From Octopus vulgaris (taxonomy: Eukaryota): 64,000 nt of DNA. The DNA lies in assembly GCA_951406725.2 (NCBI GenBank), contig OX597816.1, positions 39,060,001 to 39,124,000 on the forward strand, given 5' to 3'. The translations under genes and the position numbers were made by a program. Positions 38,516 to 50,809 of this stretch are shown here, piece by piece (the stretch's first letter is position 1; each line of letters starts with the position of its first letter). The notes beneath the pieces are model-generated. The model worked only from the letters and a program-made list of their open reading frames with translations. It was not told the origin of the DNA and ran no database searches.

Positions 38516-38803
38516 TATATATATATATATATATGTATCTGTGTGTGTGTATATATATATAAGTTCAGCAAAATTTAGATTCAAATGAATATGGTACTTA
38601 AGTTAGATGCACCAGAATTCTGTATGGTGTTATCCATATAAATCCATGGGGTGATTATAATCAAAATAAGCAACAAGAATAACTCTGGTAATTTGGTACG
38701 ATCGTTTTGCACAACATCATTTTATTAAATGTTGTAAGTATTACAACAGTTTTAAAATGCATATATATATATATATAAATATATATATGTATCTGTGTAT
38801 ATA

Positions 38804-38844
<41 letters not shown>

Positions 38845-38895
38845 TAGTAAAATTGATAAAAATGGTTCAGTGAACTTGCCATGTGGAGTGGAAAA

Positions 38896-38926
38896 TCCAA
38901 TGTTTCTGACAGTCTTTCATCAAGAA
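38896..38926 (-). ncRNA. Decayed minimal hammerhead-like motif
   Basis: ttc-TTGATGA-a-AGAC-T-GTCA-GAA-ACAT-T-gga. Confidence 0.45.
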
Positions 38927-39241
38927 ATAGTTGAAAGAAGAGAAATTAATGAGACACAGCAGAGTTTTACATCCCTTTCCAAGATGTTGGACTTTTCACT
39001 CCTTACAGCAAGTCCAGTGTCCTTTTATCAATTTTACTACATATTATATATAAATCTTGCCATTGCAGACCAACACAAAACTGTTTGAAATCTGTTTGAT
39101 CATATACTATGAGTTATGTATCAAATTGTTTTTGTTTTCTTATTTTCGTGGCAATATTGAAATAAATTGAAGAATGTATATATTTCTTAAGTATATTATT
39201 TATAGCTTAGCTTACAGTTTGGTTCATATTTCTGTTTTCAG

Positions 39242-39307
39242 TTGAAAAATCTGTTTGTATGGTGGAAGCATTATTTTTCTGGACTTTTAGTGAAAATATT
39301 CACCTAA
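39242..39307 (+). CDS. Candidate terminal exon (LKNLFVWWKHYFSGLLVKIFT*)
   Basis: Strong tttctgttttcag acceptor; open in phase 0; followed by AT-rich UTR-like DNA; no homology support. Confidence 0.3.
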   Translation: MKNLFVWWKHYFSGLLVKIFT

Positions 39308-40450
39308 AGAAATAAAATTCTTCATTGAAAAAAACAAAGGAAGTGACTATTTTATTTTAGATTTTTTTATTAGGTTTTTCTTAATTTTTTAAAGTTTTTT
39401 TTCTTTGTTTCATCATTATTGTGGCATTTGTTTACTTGTCGATAAATTATCAATGCATGTAGGAATTAGAGTAAGTGGGGTTAAATTCATTGCAGTATTT
39501 GATGATAGAGTTTACACTTGCATTTGAAACCCCAGTAGAGGTGTTACTCTATGGTGATGCATGAATGACACCCATACCAGTGACACGTAAAAGGCACCCA
39601 GTACATCTGTGAAGTGGTTGGCATTGGGAAGAGCATCCAGCCATAGAAATCAAGACCAAACTATTCAATAAAATTATGATACAGGGTTTTAGCTGAAATC
39701 GCTTTAAAACAGGACGTTTGCGACACAGTTGTGTTAGTATTGAAAGGCTTAAATGTCAAAAGGTGCATCTTTTTGGTGGTTATTGTTGCTATTGTTTTTG
39801 TTCAACCCCAGGTCAACTCTTATCAAATAGATCTATTATCAAAGACATTTCAGCCTGGACCATCCCATTGTTTTGTATAATTGGCAATACATTACCTTAT
39901 TCTTGCTTTCTTGTTTAAGATGACTACAAGTGGTTTGAGAGAGAGAGAGAGAGAGATCTGGCTGCTATTTCTAGGAGGTAGTACATCTGCATTGAAGCTC
40001 TCTCAGTAGTTCATGTGACTCCTTCATTACTCCACTGACAAAAAAAAAAAAAAAGAAAAGCTGTTAAATATCCCTCAAGAAAATACTGCTTTTTCACAAA
40101 AGCAAAGGCTTGCTACAGTAACTGAACCATAACAAAAAATTTAGGGGCTGAAGCCCAAGCTTAATATGTAACTAGGTATTTTGCCGCCTTTGTTTTGTGA
40201 CATTATTCTAAAGATAATATAGCACAATTCACTACTGCTTTTTTCTTTACCTCAACTTCCTTTATTGTTTTTATACTATAAGTTAGAATCCGTAAAGTAT
40301 ACTAGCCATCTCAATATAGCTAACCACAAAGGGTGGGTGTTACTGTAGCTTTTAGCCCCAGGAGATCATCGTCTCCAGCTGGCTTTTGACACACTTTCTG
40401 TGCTCTTATGATATTTGCAAAGGGAGGTCATCCCTCTCTCGTAAACCTAA

Positions 40451-40510
40451 GTGATACGCACAGACTGCAGTTTCGAGGTAATTTGCCTCTTGTCAACGTA
40501 CGGTAATCAC
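40451..40510 (-). ncRNA. Apparently intact type I hammerhead ribozyme, U3-A8 core variant
   Basis: gtgat-tac-cgtacg-TTGACAA-GAGG-caaatta-CCTC-GAA-AC-TGCA-GT-C^tgtgcg-t-atcac. Confidence 0.8.
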
Positions 40511-43500
40511 CGGTTTTCGATGAAGAGAGACCTGTTTGCGAATATCTATTTAATGTTTTTAGAATCCTCTTCTAAGAAAAACACACCATGTGTAACAATC
40601 GTTTAGAAAATAGCCAAGGACTCAGTTTCTAATAAACTTAGTAGTTACAAATCTTGATATGACTATGAAATGATACAGGTCAAAAAGAGTATGAACAACA
40701 CAGCTTCCCATTTCTGCTCATCTGTAAATCTCAGGTTTTACATCATTCATCATCATCATCATCATTTTACATTTGCTTTCTATGATAGCATGGGTTGGAT
40801 GGGCTGTTATGGTCTTAGTCAGTTAGATTGGAAGGCCAACCTAACTAACTCAGATCATAATAACCTATCCATAATCTATAGAAACAAAGCCAAAACTGAA
40901 ACTGTATGTTTCAGTTTGCACTTTGTTTCTATAACTGGATGCACTTCCTATCACCAATCACTTTACTGTGCCCTGGGTGAATGTTATCACAGCTACTTTT
41001 ATGTAAGTGATCAGTAGTGTTTTTGCTTCCTGGAGTTTGGGTAAGTTTGTATGCCATCTAAAGATACCCTTCCTAACACCAACCACTTTACAGAGTATAC
41101 TGCGTGTTTTTTTTTTATTTTTACGTGGCACCAATATATATATAGATATAGATATATAGATATATTAACATATGAGCAAGTACAACCTGTTTCATGGTGG
41201 AAATGTCACAAACTGTTACCCTCACCAAGCAGGCCTGGTGAGGAGAGTTGCTAGAAACCTAGCTTCTAGAGGGGCAGATGAACCCACTCTATGATCAACA
41301 TCTAGCAAATGTATGTGGTCAATGCCCAGAATGTCATAAAACTACTGGGAATGAGATGCCCCCAAGCTGTCTTTAAACCATGTGTTTAAGATATATAACC
41401 AGAGGAATGTAGTTTTTAAGGTAGTTGTAACACATCTTGCTCCATTTTTCTGCTGTCATTTCCTCTAAAATATCCAGAATAATGGTTCAGTAAAGTTGTC
41501 TCCCAACCTCTTGAACCCTCATCTACTGACAATGATCAATAAAAAGAATATTTTGAAAACTTGCATGTTGGTAGAGTCCAGATTTGTGTGTGTGTGCGTG
41601 CAATTATGTTTTCTGCTTTTCTTTGTACTGATAGCATTCGAACAATACAGTGACAATTGCTTTATGTCTCCTGTAAACAATGTTTCGTCACTTAAGTTTC
41701 TTTATAGTTTCAATAAGTAAAAACCAGTTAAAATCAGCAAAATTATCATACAGTTTCTTATTTGAAACAAGGGTTAATAATAGGAAGGTTTTCCTGCTGC
41801 ATAATGATTTAAAATTTTGACACAGAGCCAGCAATTTTTGAGGAGAGGAGGAAGTCAGTTGCATTTTCACCCTTACTTGACTAGTACTTATTATATCAAC
41901 TCTAGAAGGATGAAGGGCAAAGTGGACCTTGACAGAATTTGAGCCTAGAATGTAAAGACAGATGAAATGCTGCCACTAAGCATTTTGTATGGTGTGCTAA
42001 TGATTCTGCCAGCTCATTACCTTTTCCTGCCGTATAAATACTTATTTCTTTACTACCCACAAGGGGCTAAACACAGAGAGGACAAACAAGGACAGACAAA
42101 CGGATTAAGTCGATTATATCGACACCAGTGCATAACTGGTACTTATTTAATCGACCCCGAAAGGATGAAAGGCAAAGTCGACCTCGGCGGAATTTGAACT
42201 CAGAACGTAGTGGCAGACGAAATACCGCAAAGCATTTCATCCAGCGTGCTAACGTTTCTGCCAGCTCGCCTGTATAAATACTGCCACTATAAACCTTGTC
42301 CAAGTCATGCCAGTGTGGTCAAATCAAGTGTAATATCACTATCAATGATTTCTATTCAACCTAGATGTCTTGTTTTTTCTTTATGGGATTGTTTTTTGCT
42401 TTCTGAAATGTCATGTGGAGTAGTTAAATTTTTAATCACTGGCCTTTATGCAGTGTTGTTCACAGATTTCTCATTGGATGCACAGTCACATTGTGCAAGT
42501 TTTCTAAATTTTTAGTCCATTGATCATTGGCAGTCATTGGTTCTTTCATAAGTTTTGTACTCATCTATAGGTCTGATAGGCATTTGGCCTGTTGTACTCA
42601 GACTACACATTACCTTATTCTTGCTAAAGAAACCTCTGATACCCATGTGTCATCCACATTCTGGACTTCAGTGCTCAGCTGCCAATTTTTTTCGTTACAC
42701 TGATTTGTTTCTGGACTGCAGCCTTTTCTTGAAGGCTAGCTTTTCTTTTGCATTCAGTTTTTGTTGTTTTACTCAGCATAAACAGTCGTTGCTATTTGTC
42801 AGTCAGCATTCTCATTAAAGCAGTCTTGATGTTTTCCTACCATAAAGCCCAAGGACTTCTGACATGTGTTTTCAGTAGTGTAGTAATACTCCATGATATT
42901 GATCTGAAAAGTTCCCAATTTAGACAAATTTTAAAATCTAGCTACAATATCTCAAACACTCATGAACTACTTGTGAAATATTTATCAAGGACCAAAAACT
43001 ATACATGAACAGTTCCCCAAATAAAGTATTATTTTCACACCCAAAGATTGCACCATGCCCTGTTTGTTTCTTTCTTGTGCAAATGATAAAAGCTCTCCTA
43101 GAAGTGAACCTTTTTCCTGAAGAGCAGGAAGGATATAGGAAAAGCTGTAATGAATGTAAAGATAGTTATTGATCAATAAAACCCGACCTGAATTTTACTG
43201 GAGAAGGAAGAAGAATCTGAATACGACATGGATTAACTTAGAAACCATTTAATGGAGTTTTTATTAATCCTAAAATAAGACGGGGCAAATATCATATGCA
43301 TATATAATAATTGATACACCCAACAACATGAAATTGAAAAATAGAGAAATGATTGCTAAAATCCAAAGTAAATAGAGTATATTAAAAGGGCAGTATCTTG
43401 TAGAAAAAGTATATTCCAAAGAAATTTCTCCCTACCTTCCTTTCTTTATTACTAATTAAGCTACATGTTGTTCCATACTTGGCCAAAATATAATGTGGTG

Positions 43501-45147
43501 TTGATTAACCTTTGTATAATAGATAATATGTCTTGTTTGCTAGACATACAGCATAGCAACCGTAAATCCTACTACAGTCAGCTGAGTGGTTATAGTCTGG
43601 AAAATAGCTGTTTGAGTTGGTAGGTCATCTCAAGCAAGCCAACAATATCTAGAAATGTTTGAATATTGATTTTAAAAAAAAAACAATTAGAGTAAAGTAT
43701 TGTCAAATGAAAGAAAAGAACAGGAAAATATATAGTAAACCTTTCAGCTTAATGCTTAAAAATATTACGTAAGGTTATATGTATCAGTGCTCTAACTGTT
43801 CAGTATTATTTTCCTAACCTTAGAGGTCTTCTCCAACTAGGTAATTATGATATCCAGATAGTCCAGAACCTTGAGAAAATCATTGACATTCTCTAGTATT
43901 CAAAGTCAACAAATATAAAATATGAAGTGGCATTATGAGATTAATACCGAGCTTAGTGGAAAGTTTATTCGAATTAAATATGTTAAAAACATTGTAACAA
44001 TCAAGATTTATGTCTTTTGCATAGATGTATGGTAAAATCTTGAACAAACTGATGACCTGGGTATTTACAAAGGAATCACATTAAGTATTCTACCTTTTAA
44101 GGCTTAAGCCTAAGCTAAATATACCATTAGGACATGTCCAGTTAAGAATATTTCTGTCCTAAAAAGATGGATTGGAGATTCGCAGAAACAGTAAAATTTT
44201 GGTCAAACTTCCTCCAATATTTTTCTTATGTGGCCTCTTGTTTCTTAAATTCAAATCTTTCAGTGTATTTGTCTTCATCTTTTAAGGGTTGATAAAAAAA
44301 CCCTAATGTTAATGAATCTAATGCTAATAGCTGGCCTCATAAACCCCTGTGTTTTCTCAGAAGATATTTAAACACTTGTATATTCACTATTTTATGTTTT
44401 ATACATTATAAATATTTATATTCTCTATACTATCAATTAAATATCAGAATATATATTAAAATGTCTGTTTTCTATTAAGTTATTTGTTATATAATTTCAT
44501 ATTTTATTTGCCCATTGTTGATACCTACTTTTTGCATTTCAATCAATGTACAAAATTTGGCAGGGTTTTTATGGAAAATAACTGGCTTGCTGAAGAGAAT
44601 TTTGGCAGTTCTACTTTGGAAACTTCCTGGCTCACTGGACAGAAATTTATCTTTAATACAAGAATTCTAATCAAATTGTTCATCTGAGAAGTCTAAGTTC
44701 TCTTATTCTTGAATCATGTTTTCTCTGGACCAAGTTAACTTCATTTATCTTTAATGAATATAACTTAAGTTATCAAAATGAATATAACTTGCGTTATGAA
44801 ATTTTCAAAGTTTTTTTTTTAACTTAAATGGAAAATAGATAAATTTTGTCCAAATTTCTGAAACAAGGACTTATAAGTGATATACATTGATATATTCAGA
44901 CTAATGTCCTAATCTTGGTTGTTTCACTCACAACTCCTTTTAACCATTGTACACCCTGCCCTCATTTAGCTGCCTTTTGCATTTGGTAATATTCTCAGAA
45001 CTGTTTCCCTTTGTTAAATTCTTTGGGATTTTAGATTATTCTCTTATTAGTAGTTATTAATTTCCCTGGTGTGGACCACAGGATGTGGACAATCTATCTT
45101 CATGGATTAAATGAGTTTGGTTTGAGAAAGTTACCAAATACAACTGG

Positions 45148-45190
45148 TACCTGAAGATGGCCAGAGAGTACAATAGTTGAAATGTTGTGA
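45148..45190 (+). ncRNA. Decayed canonical-core hammerhead-like motif
   Basis: tac-CTGAAGA-t-GGCC-agagagtacaat-AGTT-GAA-ATGT-T-gtg; stem II eroded. Confidence 0.4.
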
Positions 45191-46792
45191 CTATAACAAC
45201 CAAAACAAGTACAGTAGTCCATATATAACAATGGAAAATAATGCCTTACATTAGTATTCATAGAAAGCTCTTTAGTATTCAAATAATAGGATTTACTTTA
45301 TCAACATCAAAACAGAGGCATGAAATGATGTAACATTCTATTTAGTTTTTTCGTTTGCCTATTTATTTCCAAAGTGTGGTTAAGGACATGGTGGTGGATT
45401 ATTTATGTTTATAGTTTACAACCGCTTGGGTACATAGTTGCTTTCTTCTTATTTTCTTTTTCTTTTGTAAGTAGTTAATAAAATAGAGATATTCAAATAT
45501 TAAGTAAGCTGATATTTTATTAAGGGTTTCTTCTCTCATAACATTTTAGTTGTCTGTTAATACTTTGCACTTAGTTACGTATTCAGTTGCCTGTGAGTAA
45601 AAATTATTATGTAAAAGGCATGTAAAAAAATGTTTGCTTTAAGGATCAAATATAACATCAAACTAATACCAAATGCTGGTGATTGGCTTTGCAATTATAT
45701 TTCCTGGAAGTTGCTTTCATTTAATAAATATTTCAAATTGATGCAATGTTTATTTTCATAAACTTAAATATGAAGCACTATAGAAGTTACATTAGAACCA
45801 TAAGAAGCTATTTCTAGTACATTGGATGTAGAAGTTATATCATGATATTGCAAGCAAATTAAGAAAAATGGTACTTAGAATTTTTTTTTTTTTCCCCCCC
45901 AAATATGAGACCAATTAATGGCTCAGTCTTTCCCTTCACTATAGTTGTAAATAATTGGAACATTCAATACTTAGACATACATGTATTTAAGTAAACTCAG
46001 ATAATTGACAAAAGATACATAATTAAAACATTTCTTCTCAAACAGATTTTTTAAAAAAATATTTTTGTTTGGTTTCAAGGTTACTCACATCTATTTGAGA
46101 AGTCGTTATTTCTCTCATCTATTAACATGCATGCTTGACCCTGTGCATTTATTTACAGAAATAAAGCAAAACTTTGGCAGAAATATACATTTTTTTTTTT
46201 ATTGTAATTTATTAAAATATGGTTACCTTCTTCATTCAGAATATATAAAAACAAATTTTTGTAATAAAGAATAAAAATACCAAAATTATATTTAGTTTTT
46301 TGTATTCCAGGAAAACACAAATACCCGAATGTAAAAGGTATTACAATGTCTTGAAACTATATAATAATTTTACCGATTAAGTGTTGTGATAATTTTCTGA
46401 AATTTTTGGCTCCCTTTTTTCTTTCTTAATTTTTCCTAATTAAGGTTCAGAATAAAAGTGATTTCTAAACATCTTCAGATTTCATTGACTTGCTATCAAA
46501 TTATGTATTTATTTACCTTTTTTCTATTTACTTTATTATCCAATACAATTTCCTGGAGGTAAAACTATTTAATTAATGTATATATTGGAAATTGCTGATA
46601 AATAGATGTGTTGAACACAAATACTTTATATTTGGTTTATCAGATGATGATATTCTATAGATAGACTTAGTCACTTGATAAATTGAGATTTATAAAGTAT
46701 CAATAAAAGGAATGGGTTTGATAACATGGACTAACACCTTTGAAGACCTCTCCCCAGTATAGCCACAGTCCTACAACTAAAACCCATTACGG

Positions 46793-46860
46793 CAGTGGTC
46801 CCTGACCATATATGAATTATGGACTGGTTTCATGCAAGACTATTTTCCCACAGACTGGGG
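46793..46860 (+). mobile_element. hAT/Charlie-like terminal fragment
   Basis: cagtggtccc...ggactggtttcatgcaagactattttcccacagactgggg resembles MER1/Charlie-type termini. Confidence 0.45.
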
Positions 46861-47644
46861 GATCACACACAATAAGAAAACAATTATGTACACTAGCAGG
46901 ACCCATGAATATTTCACAGAATTAATAGTAAATGTATTGGATTATTCTTGATTATTCTTGAAAGGGTAGCTTGTTTTGTGTCTGTATCAAAAGATAGTCA
47001 CTCATCTGCTATTCATTGGAAACTGAAGGAAATTGGAATACAACGATTACTTAGTGCACTTTAAATAATTACTTTATATACTTTATGCACAATTTTATAG
47101 ATTTAATACACAACACTCATAAAATAAATATTCACTCTTATTTTTCATTTCTCCCATAAACAAAAAAATTACATTTTAAAATTTATATGGTCACAATTTC
47201 ATATCTCGAAAACAAAACTTTTATAGTAAAAAAATTATTTTATATGTAAAATATAAGGGTCACAGTTTCATGGGGGTAAAGATTTAATGCAACATGGCAT
47301 ACTTTGAAAACTACATCAGTGATATAAGTCAAGGTGATGGGTCAGAGCCAATACACATTTCAATTTGTTGGTGATATGAAAAACTTAGTTCAATTAAAAA
47401 AAAAAAATACTTTTCACCATGTACTCACCATCGCCACTTCCACCACCACCATCAGAACATAATCCCTCTGCTAAAATTATATTCCTAACTCTACATCACT
47501 ACCTTCAACTAACTTTTTTAACCACATAATAAATATTACATTCTCCCGACCACATGTCATGGACACTTCTCTCTCCAGCTTTTCTCTCCCACTCTTTTTC
47601 TTTCTCTCTTTCTCTTTTCTCTAATCATGTGAAAGTGTTACCAC

Positions 47645-47736
47645 AATGACAAGTAGAATTATTATAGTAACGTAATGACAAGTAGTAACGTAATGACAAT
47701 TATTATAGTAATGTAATGACAAGTAGAATTATTATA
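47645..47736. repeat. Short imperfect tandem repeat, unit aatgacaagtagaattattatagtaacgt
   Basis: 3-4 partial copies visible. Confidence 0.8.
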
Positions 47737-49369
47737 AGATAATAATGTATAATGCAAAAATGCCCTGTAGTCATTAAAATAGAAATAGATTTTATAAATT
47801 TATTCTTCTTGGGTGGCCCAGTGTTTGAGGAACCTTGAGTTATAGAATACCTGAGGGTACTTTGTGGGTACTTTTGTATAAATTCTTTTGATAATGTGAA
47901 TTTGTTAAATAACAAAAGCAACTTAAGAGATAGAGAACAAAAGAAAGTTTTAAACCAAAACCTGGTTTTGAGAGAATTGAGAAATATCATCATCATCATC
48001 ATCATCATCGTTTAACGTCCGTTCTTCATGCTAGCATGGGTTGGACGGTTCGACCGGGGATCTGGGAAGCCAGAAGGCTGCACCAGGCTCCAGTCTTATC
48101 TGGCAATGTTTCTACAGCTGAATGCCCTTCCTAACGCCAACCACTCCGTGAGTGTAGTGGGTGCTTTTTACGTGCCACCTGCACAGGTGCCAGGTGAGGC
48201 TGGCAACGGCCACGGTCGGATTGGTGCATTTTACGTGCCACTAGCACGGAAGCCAGTCGAGGCAGCACTGGCTTTGGCCACGATTCGGATGGTGCTTTTA
48301 TGAGCTGCGGATGATTCTCATAATTTGAGATTAAGGAAACAGTTAATTACTCAGAAAACAGAAACCAAAAAGACATTAAAGCTATAAATTGTGTCACTAA
48401 CTCAGAATATAATATACATTGTGTGTGTCTTTAATCTTTTACTTGTTTTAGTTATTGGACTGCAGCCATGATGAGGGCTGCCCTGAAAGGTTTAGTTTAG
48501 TGGTTCTCAACTTGGGTCGAAATGGCCCTTGAGGGTCCACATGATATTTTTTTTTTTGTTAATAAACTGGTTATACATCTACAATATGCAAAATATTTTT
48601 AGCAATTTTTTTAATACAATTTTTAATATTTAATTATAAAAATATAATACGAATTTTTTAAACATCAAATGACTACAAGGGTCCATCGAAGTATAACAAG
48701 ATTCACAGGGGTGGGAGTCTATAGGCAAAAAGTGTTTGAGAACCACTCATTTAGCTGAACAAATTGACCCCGGTAGAGAAACAGTCGAAGTGAGAGAGAG
48801 AGAGAGGGCCTACCCCACAGGTAACAGTGGGGGGTAAAATAAGTAGCCCAGAGGAAATAGAGAGGAATTCTCCTTAAGATTGCAAGTGCTATTGAGAGGA
48901 ATTGGGGTGAGGGCATGGAGAGTGTGGGGTGGAGGAAAATGGGTTGTGGGGGTAATTTGATAGAGGAGAGAATTATGTATGTCATAAAGGACATTCCTGT
49001 ATGGATAGATGGCTATTATTTTACTTAGCATGATGTATCTTCTCAAACACAGCAGATATATATATATATATATTAGTTGTTTCAGCCATTAGATTGTGGC
49101 CAGGTTGGGGCACTACCTTGAAGAATTTTCAGTCAAATGTATCGACCCCAGGATTTAATTTTTATAAGCACGATACTTATTCTATCAGTCTCTTTTGCCA
49201 AACCACTAAGTTACAGGGATGTAAACATACCAGCACTGGTTGTCAAGCTGTGGTGGGGAACAAACACACATGCACACTCACGCGCACACATACACATATA
49301 GATACATACATATATATACATATATACCAGAGTAAGCACATAAATGTGAAACAGAGGTAGAGTAATATG

Positions 49370-49517
49370 CTTTATTTAAAAGCAGTAGAAATATAACAAA
49401 AGCTGTTACTCAGAGTTTCACGTTCCCATTTGTTTTGTTAACAAAACTGTCCGACGAACGGGAACGTGAAACTCTGAGTAACAGCTGTTGTTATATTTCT
49501 GCTGCTTTTAAATAAAG
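49370..49517. mobile_element. Palindromic Penelope-pLTR-like remnant inside the (TA)n tract of a SINE
   Basis: ctttatttaaaagcagtagaaatataac...cgttccc versus gggaacg...gttatatttctgctgcttttaaataaag. Confidence 0.75.
49447..49484 (+). ncRNA. Type I hammerhead ribozyme-like motif, CCGACGA core
   Basis: ctgt-CCGACGA-ACG-GGAA-CGT-GAA-ACT-CTG-AGT-A^acag. Confidence 0.72.
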
Positions 49518-49519
49518 TG

Positions 49520-49555
<36 letters not shown>

Positions 49556-49723
49556 ACAGGCTTCTTTCTGTTTCCGTCTACCAAATCCACTCACAAGGCT
49601 TTGTTTGTCTCAAGGCTATAGAAGACACTTGTCCAAGGTGCTACACAGTGGGACTGAACCCAGAACCATGTGGTTGGGAAGCAAGCTTCTTACCACCCAG
49701 CCACGCCTATACCAGTATATATG

Positions 49724-49797
<74 letters not shown>

Positions 49798-50770
49798 TGA
49801 TATTTTATGCCATTAGGGAAGATGGTGCCTAATGCCCATGAACTCTGAGAATTGTGGGAAGGAGGGAGAAGATTGTCCTCAAACTAGAAACTTGGTTCAA
49901 ATGCTTGCAACTGATTGGACTTTGCTAAAAGCACCCAAGGGAGGTAGTGGTGTTAAACCAGGCAATAGATTAAATCTACCATCCAAGTAAGCCATAATGT
50001 AAATCACCAGAAAAAAATACTGCAAGGCATCTCCTCCAATTCGCTTATGTTCCTGCCACTCTGTTGCTCTATACAGATATTTCTTTTATCAATCTCAGAA
50101 AGATGAAAGGCAAAGATGGCCTTGGCAAGATTTGAACATAGATTGCAAGGCATTTTGTCTGACATTCTAACAACTATTCTAGTTGAACAATATTAAATGA
50201 AGAATAAAACTTAATGTTGGTTTTAAATTTCATTAGGTGATATTTCAGGTATGCCTGCATATTATTATCTAAGTAAAAAGAGGAATGGAAAAGTTCCATT
50301 CCAAAATGAACAGCAATTGTCATTCAAAACTTTTTCTTTTTTTTAACCTTTCAATACCAACCCATATACGACTGTCTTGGCTCTATGATACAACCGTCCT
50401 GTTTAAAAGTGATCTAAATTAAAACTTTATATTAAATTATATTCCAAGCAACAGCTATAATGGCAAAGTTATTCATTATTTTAAAAATTAATTGAAGCAA
50501 AGGCAGTATGTTTCAGTGGGAATATAATGAAAGCGCTAAGGTAGAACAAGACAAATTAAGAGGTTATTGGTTAATTATCTTGGAAATGACATGGTCTAAT
50601 ATAAGCAATAAGTGTTTGGCTACACTGAAAATATTTGTATAAAAACTTAAACTTAGAAGTAATCATTAGTGAATCTCAATTTCAAGAAATTGAGAAATAA
50701 TCCCTTAAAGACAGTGCACACATTTTAGAAAAGGTAAATCTGATCTTTGATAGTATGCAAGAGAAGACAA

Positions 50771-50809
50771 CTATGGATATGTTTCTGTCTATAAGCTTCA
50801 TCAGCATTG
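50771..50809 (-). ncRNA. Decayed canonical-core hammerhead-like motif
   Basis: caatg-CTGATGA-agcttatagaca-GAA-ACATAT-C-catag; stem II poorly paired. Confidence 0.35.

Noticed and set aside
43198-43236. Acidic peptide LEKEEESEYDMD* resembling a furin cytoplasmic acidic cluster
   Set aside because: In-frame stop immediately upstream, no acceptor, and it lies among LINE remnants
47645-47736. Short direct repeats resembling a CRISPR array
   Set aside because: Eukaryotic minisatellite with no unique spacers and no cas genes
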